From: an uncultured archaeon
GTDB lineage: Archaea > Asgardarchaeota > Lokiarchaeia > Sigyniarchaeales > Promethearchaeaceae
DNA: 13,901 nucleotides
Direction: 5' to 3'
Assembly (NCBI GenBank): GCA_964426185.1
Contig: CAYRPF010000036.1
Span: 14,026 to 27,926, forward strand
Shown here: piece after piece, positions 6,917 through 13,901 of the stretch
Layout of the letters: the number at the start of each line of letters is the position of its first letter
Numbering within the stretch: position 1 is the stretch's first letter
The notes under the pieces: generated by a model
What the model was told of the DNA's origin: nothing
The model's database searches: none
Seen by the model: the letters and a program-made list of their open reading frames with translations, nothing else
Made by a program: the position numbers and the translations under genes

Positions 6917-9076
6917 ATGGTCATAGAAACTGATTCTCCACCCACTAATCCTGCAGGCGATTTTGAGGATTTCTTTCGAAATTTCGAGGAAATTCCCAAT
7001 GAATTTAAATACCGGCAGCGAATTAGTGATGCTTATGCAAAATCGGAGCATCACATCACTGTTCTTTTTGAAGATATTCTGGCTTTCAATCCTCAATTAG
7101 CCCATTACTTGAAAAATCATCCCGAAGAAGCCCTTGAAGAAGCTTCAGAAGCCCTAAAAAATATTATTCGGATCGATGCCGGTGGATTTTTTAATCCAGA
7201 TGAAGCTTATTTCGTTCGTATATCTACTTTAAATAATTCCAATGAAGTTTCTTTACGCAGGATCAGATCTGAACATGTAGATACACTAATTTATGTTAAA
7301 GGTATTGTTATTAGGGCTTCGATAATCCGTCCCCAAGTTATACGTGCCATGTTCGAATGTCCGATATGTGGAAATCAGATGCTGGTTGACCAATTAACCA
7401 CCCGGTTGACTCCTCCCCGTGAATGTATGAATCCAACTTGCAATAATAAAAAGGATTTTAAGGTATTAACCGAACAATCCGAGTTTCTCGATCATCAATA
7501 TGTGACTATCCAAGAGGCTCCCGAAGAATTAAGATCGGGAGATATTCCCCAAACTTTACAAGCAGTATTACTGAATGATTTAGTTGATTCAGTTCGTCCT
7601 GGTGAAAGAGTAAAAATGATGGGTATTCTAAAATCCGTCCCACGGGAGGATCGTAGAGGTAGGCTTTCCACCTTATTTCAATCGCAGTTATTCGTAAATA
7701 ATGTAGAAGGGATTCGGCAAGAAGATGAAGAATTGGATCTTTCTCAAGAGGATATCGATGAAATACACGCACTTGCCCAAGAACCGGATATTCAGAATAA
7801 AATTGCGAATTCTATTGCTCGTGCCATATTAGGACACGAGAAATTGAAAATGGCGGCGGCTTTAAGTCTTTTTGGGGGTAATCAGAAACTAAAGAAAGAC
7901 GGTAGTAGACTGCGAGGAGACATCCATGTGCTCTTTATGGGAGATCCCGGTACCGGAAAATCACAAATTTTGCAAAATTGTGCCCAAATTGCTACTCGTT
8001 CCGTATACACCTCTGGGAAAGGCGCTTCGGCGGCGGGTCTTACAGCTGCGGTGATTAAAGAAAACGATAATGCTGGACTGCAATTGGAAGCAGGTGCTTT
8101 AGTCTTGGCCTCCGGTGGTGTGGCATGTATTGATGAATTTGACAAAATGCGCAAACAAGATAGATCAGCTATCCATGAAGCGATGGAACAACAAACTATT
8201 TCTATTGCTAAGGCAGGGATTGTCGCTACTCTTCAATCAAAAACGGCCATAATTGCTGCAGCTAATCCCAAACACGGTCGCTGGAATGAATATGAGACTC
8301 CCGCAAATAATATAAATCTTAACCCTCCGATTCTTTCACGGTTTGATTTGATTTTTATTGTACGCGATATTCCCGAAAAAAATATGGATGATAGAATAGC
8401 CGATTACATTTTAAAGAATCATATGATGGGTTTTGATGAAACTTATTATACCGAAGACGAAGATGAAAATTCTCAATCTCGGAAACAAATAGAATTTATT
8501 CCCATAGATCTACTAAAAAAATATGTGCAATACGCCAAGGTTAATTCACATCCCAAACTGACCAGAGAGCCTGCAAATTTAATTCGGGATTTTTACATAT
8601 CTATGCGTAGTTCTACTCCAGAAGGTTCTACTGCAGTTCCCATTGTCGCACGAACTTTAGACGGAATGGTTCGGATGAGTGAAGCCTATGCAAAAATGGC
8701 TTTACGTGATTTTGTTAAAAAAGAAGATGCTGAAGCTGTTATCGAATTATTGAAAAAATCTTTACGGGATATTGGCTATGATGAAGAAACCAATCAATAT
8801 GATGTAGACGTCATGTATACTGGTACATCCAGTTCTAAACGGCAGAAATTAAACTTAATTTTGAATAAAATAAAAGAGTTGCAAACGGCAAATCCCAAAG
8901 CAGAATTAACTTTCGAGGATATTTTTGAACCACTGGCGCACGAAAAGGGTATCACTGAAGAATTTGTAAGAGCAGCGCTTGATCAGTGGGTTAAGGATTC
9001 TGAATTATACAATCCGCATCCTAATACATGGCGAATGACCAATCCTCCCAAAAAATCGAAAGAAAATCTTAAATAA
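6917..9076 (+). CDS. mcm: Minichromosome maintenance replicative helicase MCM
   Basis: Zn finger CPIC...CMNPTC, QEAPEELRSG..P, VRPGERV, Walker A GDPGTGKS, GLTAAV, LEAGALVLA, MCM box IDEFDKM, IHEAMEQQTISIAKAGI, arginine finger LSRFD, sensor-2 ARTLDG, C-terminal winged helix. 719 aa, no intein. Confidence 0.98.
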   Translation: MVIETDSPPTNPAGDFEDFFRNFEEIPNEFKYRQRISDAYAKSEHHITVLFEDILAFNPQLAHYLKNHPEEALEEASEALKNIIRIDAGGFFNPDEAYFVRISTLNNSNEVSLRRIRSEHVDTLIYVKGIVIRASIIRPQVIRAMFECPICGNQMLVDQLTTRLTPPRECMNPTCNNKKDFKVLTEQSEFLDHQYVTIQEAPEELRSGDIPQTLQAVLLNDLVDSVRPGERVKMMGILKSVPREDRRGRLSTLFQSQLFVNNVEGIRQEDEELDLSQEDIDEIHALAQEPDIQNKIANSIARAILGHEKLKMAAALSLFGGNQKLKKDGSRLRGDIHVLFMGDPGTGKSQILQNCAQIATRSVYTSGKGASAAGLTAAVIKENDNAGLQLEAGALVLASGGVACIDEFDKMRKQDRSAIHEAMEQQTISIAKAGIVATLQSKTAIIAAANPKHGRWNEYETPANNINLNPPILSRFDLIFIVRDIPEKNMDDRIADYILKNHMMGFDETYYTEDEDENSQSRKQIEFIPIDLLKKYVQYAKVNSHPKLTREPANLIRDFYISMRSSTPEGSTAVPIVARTLDGMVRMSEAYAKMALRDFVKKEDAEAVIELLKKSLRDIGYDEETNQYDVDVMYTGTSSSKRQKLNLILNKIKELQTANPKAELTFEDIFEPLAHEKGITEEFVRAALDQWVKDSELYNPHPNTWRMTNPPKKSKENLK

Positions 9077-9091
9077 GATTTTCCTCAGGAA

Positions 9092-11986
9092 GTGAAATTC
9101 ATCATTCCGCCTAAAAATACCACAGAAAACCCAAAAAAAAAACTTTTTGAATCCGTCAAAGTTCAAAAACCTTCAAAAATTCCACTGGAATCATATAATT
9201 GGCAGAATATTCCCTTTCATCTTGAAGTGGTTAATTATTTAAAAAAAAGAAGTATTAGAGAATTATATCCTCCCCAAATCGCAGCTCTTTCTCCCGGATT
9301 ACAAAGACATAATTTACTTATAAGTATTCCCACCGCATCGGGGAAAACCTTGATTGCAGAATTAATTGCTTTAAATTTATTAATGCGAAATCGAGAAAAA
9401 TTTCCAAATCAGATGGGTAATTGGGGTAAAATCCTTTATCTTGCCCCTTTGAAGGCATTAGCTATAGAAAAATATCATGAATTCTCAACACTTTGGAATC
9501 CTCTAGGTTTTCATGTGGGAATCTCGCGCAGCGATGTGGACGAGCCCGATTTTCGGATTTTTCAAAACCATTTGATTATTCTTACGAATGAAAAAGCTGA
9601 TTCATTTTTTAGAATGAACCCAAAATTCCTTAAAGATATAGATTTGGTGATTGTGGATGAAATTCATCTCCTTCGTGACCAACATCGTGGGATCACATTG
9701 GAAGTTTTATTGACTCGTCTATTAACACGAACACCACCCATTCAAATCATCGGGCTATCTGCTACAATACTAAACTCACATGAGTTAGCCCAATGGCTAC
9801 ATGCCGATCTGATCTCCTCCACTTGGCGCCCGGTGCAGTTAAAAGAAGGCTATTACATTGGAGATTCTATCTTTTTTCAAGATGGAAGTACCCGCCGTGT
9901 TATTCCACTTCCCGGCCATTCTACCACTGCTACATTAACACTGGATACCTTGAAGGAAGGTGGACAAGTTATCGTATTTGTCAATTCCCGAAAAAACTCT
10001 ATGCAAGAAGCAGAAAAATTGGCCCCGAAAGTCCGAATTTTCAGTTCTGCTGAAGAAAAGGAAATCTACAAAGCAGTCCAAGTGGAATTTGATAAAAATC
10101 ACTTAGATGATTCCCAGTTAAGTCATCGCCTTTCACATTGCCTAAAAGGAGGAGTTGCGTTTCATCATGCTGGAATGGCTTCAGATCAATTGGATTTTAT
10201 CGTGAAAAAATTCAACTCCCGCAGGATTAAAGTAATTTTCTGCACTCCTACTCTGGCTGCCGGCGTTAATACTCCAGCCCGTCGAGTGATAATTAAGACA
10301 TTGTACCGATATGAAGCTGAAAAAGGGAGTGTTCTAATTCCAATCTTGGAGTATAAGCAAATGGCCGGACGCGCTGGGCGACCAGGTTACGATCCATATG
10401 GAGAAGTAGTTATTTTGGGCAGTAATCCTGAAAAATTGATCAAAGATGCCGTGGCTTATATATTAGGGACTTCGGAAGAAATTCACAGTCAACTGACAAA
10501 TGAAGAATCTTTGGGATTCCATATTTTAGGGTTGTTTTTGGCAGGGGTAGTCAGCACTCCTGCCCAGTTGATTCACTTCGTCAATCATACATTTTATGCA
10601 TTTCAACAATTTTTTCCAAAAGCAACTCAAAAGAGCCGAAACAAAGGTCCAAATGCAAATAACTCAATTGCAAACAATTCAAATGCAAATAAATTAAACG
10701 GAATCGATGCAAAAATAGACTCTTCAAATGGATTGGGAATGAAAACACACAAATTACGCCCAAAATCGCATCGAAAGGAAGGAAGAGGGGCAGATCCATT
10801 AGGATTAAATTCAGAGTTTGATACCACCTTCAGATCGGCTGAAGAAATACTGGAATATTCTGAAAACTCTAATCATAGCGATAACTCCAATTTATTACTT
10901 GATCATAGCGGTTATCCCCGCCCCAAATCTTTTTCTCCTGATTCTTTATCTAATAATTACATTTCTGATACTTCATTACTACCATATTCTCCTCCATCCA
11001 ACTCTTCTTCTCCGCAAACCCTGGATAAAAATTCTGCCCTTCATAACTTAGTGCTATCCCAATTAACCTTTTTATGGAAAAATGATTTCTTAACCGGATA
11101 TTTTGATCCATCTGCTCAAGATCTAAATTCTCCTTTAATTCCCACCAAATTCGGCGAAATTGTTGGACAGAGCTATCTTAATCCACAAGATGCTGTTCTT
11201 CTCCGTGAAGATCTGATTTATGCTAAGACTCTTCATGCAAATAATGAAATCATTCTGCATCCTGTTTCATGGCTTCATTTATTAACCAAATTGAGTGTTT
11301 TCCCTAAGTATTTCATTCAAAGTCGTGAATATTCTCCTATTTTAGATTTTATTGACCGATATAGCGATCATTTTATTATGGAGCAAGTTTGGGATTCTCA
11401 TGATCCACAGTTTCCAGAATTCGCCAAAGAAATTAAAATGACAATGCTCCTCTTTGATTGGATTAATGAAATCCCACAACATGAGATCAACGAAAAATAT
11501 AACATCGGTATGGGCGATATTCGTCGTGTAGTAGATACAGCTTTATGGATTCTGCGCGGTTTTCTACGAATCGTCAAACTTGATGCTGATAATAATTATC
11601 CCATTGAAGGATTGGGAAATAATCTGCAGGTTTTAAATATTCGGATTAAGTATGGTATCCGCTCTAGCCTTGTTCCGTTTGTGCAGATTTCGGGCATCGG
11701 GCGGATTAGAGCACGTAAAATTTATCAAGCAGGATATAAATCCATAGAAGATTTGAAAAAGGCAAGCCTTGAGGACTTATCTCGTATCCCCTTAATCGGA
11801 AAGCATTTGGCTCAAGAAATATATTCGCAATTACATCTGCAAGAAACATTATTAAAATCGGGGAATAAAACGCCCAAATATAAGTTAAATAAGAAAATTT
11901 CTTCCCAATTCTCAAACCATAAAAATAATCATAGTAATCTCGATGATTTCCTTAAAGAGAGTAAGAAAAAAAGGAGAAAATTATAG
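9092..11986 (+). CDS. hel308: Ski2-like SF2 DNA helicase Hel308/Hjm with a large internal insertion
   Basis: Q motif ELYPPQ, motif I PTASGKT, Ia PLKALA, II DEIH, III LSAT, IV FVNSRK, FHHAG, V TPTLAAGVNTPA, VI QMAGRAGRPGYD. WH/ratchet domains (PTKFGE, WINE, GDI) and domain-5 HhH GIGRIRARKIY. 964 aa versus the ~700-750 aa typical of the family. GTG start lies 15 bp after the mcm stop. Confidence 0.95.
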   Translation: MKFIIPPKNTTENPKKKLFESVKVQKPSKIPLESYNWQNIPFHLEVVNYLKKRSIRELYPPQIAALSPGLQRHNLLISIPTASGKTLIAELIALNLLMRNREKFPNQMGNWGKILYLAPLKALAIEKYHEFSTLWNPLGFHVGISRSDVDEPDFRIFQNHLIILTNEKADSFFRMNPKFLKDIDLVIVDEIHLLRDQHRGITLEVLLTRLLTRTPPIQIIGLSATILNSHELAQWLHADLISSTWRPVQLKEGYYIGDSIFFQDGSTRRVIPLPGHSTTATLTLDTLKEGGQVIVFVNSRKNSMQEAEKLAPKVRIFSSAEEKEIYKAVQVEFDKNHLDDSQLSHRLSHCLKGGVAFHHAGMASDQLDFIVKKFNSRRIKVIFCTPTLAAGVNTPARRVIIKTLYRYEAEKGSVLIPILEYKQMAGRAGRPGYDPYGEVVILGSNPEKLIKDAVAYILGTSEEIHSQLTNEESLGFHILGLFLAGVVSTPAQLIHFVNHTFYAFQQFFPKATQKSRNKGPNANNSIANNSNANKLNGIDAKIDSSNGLGMKTHKLRPKSHRKEGRGADPLGLNSEFDTTFRSAEEILEYSENSNHSDNSNLLLDHSGYPRPKSFSPDSLSNNYISDTSLLPYSPPSNSSSPQTLDKNSALHNLVLSQLTFLWKNDFLTGYFDPSAQDLNSPLIPTKFGEIVGQSYLNPQDAVLLREDLIYAKTLHANNEIILHPVSWLHLLTKLSVFPKYFIQSREYSPILDFIDRYSDHFIMEQVWDSHDPQFPEFAKEIKMTMLLFDWINEIPQHEINEKYNIGMGDIRRVVDTALWILRGFLRIVKLDADNNYPIEGLGNNLQVLNIRIKYGIRSSLVPFVQISGIGRIRARKIYQAGYKSIEDLKKASLEDLSRIPLIGKHLAQEIYSQLHLQETLLKSGNKTPKYKLNKKISSQFSNHKNNHSNLDDFLKESKKKRRKL
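10650..10694 (+). repeat. Degenerate 15-bp tandem repeat x3 within the hel308 insertion
   Basis: caaatgcaaataact / caattgcaaacaatt / caaatgcaaataaat, encoding NANNS-IANNS-NANK. Confidence 0.75.
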
Positions 11987-12029
11987 AAATCTTCAATATC
12001 TTAATTCCTGCAAACAATTTTAAAATTCA

Positions 12030-12587
12030 TCACACTGGTGTTATATCATCCATCCCAGTGCAGCTCTTTATCATCGAAATAAATGCTTCGTTAACATGAT
12101 ATCCAGTTTTCGCCGAAGTATAAAGCACCTTATCGATTCCAACATCTGCAGCGATCTCTCGAACACGATTTTCTTTTATCTCAGCCGGTAAATCGTTTTT
12201 ATTGGCCAGCAGAATGATAGGAACACTCTCCGCTGCCGAACCGCCATGTTCCTTGAAATCCGGCACCCAAAAATTCTTTACCTGCTCAAAAGAATTTTTC
12301 CGTGTTAAATCCGCCACCACAAAAACACCCTGCGCCCCCCGATAATAGGTATGCCTCATGGCTGTCCATCTTTCTTGACCAGCAATGTCCCAAGCAGTAA
12401 TGGTAAATTGCAGCGAATCTTCTGCGGAGTTTTTAAAGGTAAGTTTTTTGATGAAAAGATTAGATCCTATGGTTGGGCGATAATCCTTCGTATAAGCCCC
12501 TTCTACGAAATTTTTAATTAATGAGGTCTTTCCGGCTGCGTATTCTCCGATGAGAATAAGTTTTAGTTTATAAATTTGAGTTGTCAT
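12030..12587 (-). CDS. Rab-like small GTPase (Ras superfamily; Asgard-type eukaryotic signature protein)
   Basis: G1 GEYAAGKTS, G2 YRPTIG, G3 WDIAGQE, G4 NKND, G5 TSAK, and an exact RabF4 YYRGA. 185 aa, with no C-terminal CC/CXC/CAAX. Confidence 0.93.
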   Translation of the reverse strand: MTTQIYKLKLILIGEYAAGKTSLIKNFVEGAYTKDYRPTIGSNLFIKKLTFKNSAEDSLQFTITAWDIAGQERWTAMRHTYYRGAQGVFVVADLTRKNSFEQVKNFWVPDFKEHGGSAAESVPIILLANKNDLPAEIKENRVREIAADVGIDKVLYTSAKTGYHVNEAFISMIKSCTGMDDITPV

Positions 12588-12685
12588 AATTCATCACAAT
12601 ATGAAATTAATTAAGTTTTGTTACAATTCTTACTTACTTATTTGGCTTTTGCTTCTTAATAAAATGGTTAACCTCAATATCATTT

Positions 12686-13813
12686 TTAATCTCCATGAAA
12701 GGATTTCCAATAAGGATTCATCAATGAATTTAAGTATGGGATGACTTTGTCATTATTGAACGCCATTACTTCGTCAGATTCCGAGATTATGCTTGATTCC
12801 TTAAATGGTGGATTGAATTTTGCCAAGGCTGCAATAGTATTGGCGATCGAATGACTTAAAGCCGTTAAGTCATACCCTCCTTCTAATGTAGCTAAAATTC
12901 GATCATGGTTAAGGTCACTCATTACATTTTGCATGGTTTTTACCATCCAAGTATAGGTTTGTTCCATAAATCCCAAATTAGTTAAAGGATCATTGTGATG
13001 GCCATCATATCCTGCTGAAATTAGCAGAAATTCTGGATTAAATTCACGCAAAGCCGGAATTATTACTGTTTGAAACATTTGTTTGATGGTTTCATGTCCG
13101 GAAGAGGGGGCTAAGGTCAGATTGAAGATTTTTCCTTGATGTTCACCCTCTCCAATTTCATTTACATAACATGTGCCGGGATATAAGGTATCTGGGTGTT
13201 GGTGCAAGGAAATCATAAGCAAATCTGCAGGAATGTGTCCTTCATTCATCAAATCTTCAGTTCCATTGCCTGCATGTGCATCAAAATCCACAATGGCCAT
13301 TTTTTTCATACCATAATGATGGTATAAATAATTCACTGCCAGTCCGATATTGTTAAAAATACAAAATCCCCGAGCGTTTGCGTAATCGGAATGATGACCG
13401 GGAGGACGGCACAGATTAAAGGCACTATCAATTTTTCTATTCATAATAGCATCAATTGCTGTAAACATTCCCCCTGCAGCATAAAGTGCTGCGTCGTAAC
13501 TCTGCGGTGACGCCACAGTTTCACCGTAACGATTGTTTGGAGAATCGAGAAATAATTGATATGGGAGCGAAATTGCCTCTTTGCAGCGGATTCTGGCGGT
13601 TTCAATCAATTCAAGGGCGTGACACCAACGAATTTCTTCTACAGTGGCTTTTCGGGGCTTGAGAGGTTCAATCCAAGATAAATGACCATCTCCAAAGAAA
13701 TCGAGTGAGGTTAAAGTTTCAAGGGTTCTTCTCAATCGATCAGGGTTCTCAGGATGATCTCCCGTTTCATGCTGTAAAAAAATATCATGGAATATTATCC
13801 CCACCTGTTTCAT
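12686..13813 (-). CDS. Zn-dependent histone deacetylase family protein (class II-like / AcuC-AphA superfamily)
   Basis: HPENPDRL, RPPGHH (catalytic His pair), GFCIFNN, DFDAHAGNGT (Zn ligands D, H), SLHQ, YPGT, SAGYDGH..DP (third ligand D), LEGGY (catalytic Tyr). ATG13813 is preceded by SD-like GGTGA at 7 nt and is preferred over TTG13834. Confidence 0.95.
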   Translation of the reverse strand: MKQVGIIFHDIFLQHETGDHPENPDRLRRTLETLTSLDFFGDGHLSWIEPLKPRKATVEEIRWCHALELIETARIRCKEAISLPYQLFLDSPNNRYGETVASPQSYDAALYAAGGMFTAIDAIMNRKIDSAFNLCRPPGHHSDYANARGFCIFNNIGLAVNYLYHHYGMKKMAIVDFDAHAGNGTEDLMNEGHIPADLLMISLHQHPDTLYPGTCYVNEIGEGEHQGKIFNLTLAPSSGHETIKQMFQTVIIPALREFNPEFLLISAGYDGHHNDPLTNLGFMEQTYTWMVKTMQNVMSDLNHDRILATLEGGYDLTALSHSIANTIAALAKFNPPFKESSIISESDEVMAFNNDKVIPYLNSLMNPYWKSFHGD

Positions 13814-13901
13814 TAATTTTTCACCAGAAGTCAATCTGCTACGGAATTTAGTTCTGGTTACTTATCCTTTTTTAACTATAAAATTATATTCCCTATTAAA
13901 A

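Noticed and set aside
10616-11047. Hel308 insertion as an intein (it ends near ...ALHN)
   Set aside because: HN is followed by Leu, not Cys/Ser/Thr. There is no N-terminal Cys/Ser block A, no block B TxxH and no LAGLIDADG motif, and the composition is low-complexity.
684-11915. Other short alternative-frame or antisense ORFs (684-869, 1256-1462, 1336-1572, 1925-2149, 6902-7096, 7506-7772, 7882-8154, 9793-10053, 10581-10799, 10627-10827, 10818-11051, 11706-11915)
   Set aside because: All overlap confident genes and lack motifs. Those over the hel308 insert reflect its biased, repetitive composition.
5423-12587. Proto-karyopherin system (HEAT solenoid + small GTPase + NLS-like tails)
   Set aside because: The HEAT repeats are short PBS-lyase type and largely basic, the GTPase is Rab-like rather than Ran-like, the genes are not co-transcribed, and Lys runs are expected in an A-rich genome.
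1-13901. tRNA/rRNA genes, CRISPR arrays, IS elements
   Set aside because: No GC-rich structured segments, no regularly spaced repeats, and no transposase/integrase ORFs or terminal inverted repeats seen by eye.

Overview
AT-rich, gene-dense archaeal chromosomal segment. It most resembles an Asgard archaeon (Lokiarchaeia-like). That is inferred from the combination of an archaeal MCM, Hel308/Hjm, an AMA-type AAA ATPase, a Rab-like small GTPase without a prenylation tail, and a signal peptide + TM + zinc-ribbon protein. Nine CDS in order: Cys-rich 4-TM membrane protein (+), glycosylated single-pass membrane protein with a cytoplasmic Zn ribbon (+), MFS transporter (+), AMA/COG1223 AAA+ ATPase (-), HEAT-repeat protein (-), mcm (+), hel308/hjm (+, 15 bp after mcm), Rab-like GTPase (-) and a Zn-dependent HDAC-family deacetylase (-). 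I see no RNA genes, mobile elements, inteins or CRISPR arrays. The most unusual element is the Hel308. It carries a ~140-aa low-complexity insertion in its winged-helix region containing a RadA/RAD51/BRC-like FxxA motif (TTFRSAEEILE), ends in a PIP-like box plus a basic tail, and is tightly linked to mcm. This suggests a candidate fork-repair helicase able to bind both recombinase and clamp (hypothesis). Also notable are an AMA ATPase ending in Hb-F-X next to a HEAT solenoid gene, and an uncharacterised 10-Cys membrane metalloprotein candidate.
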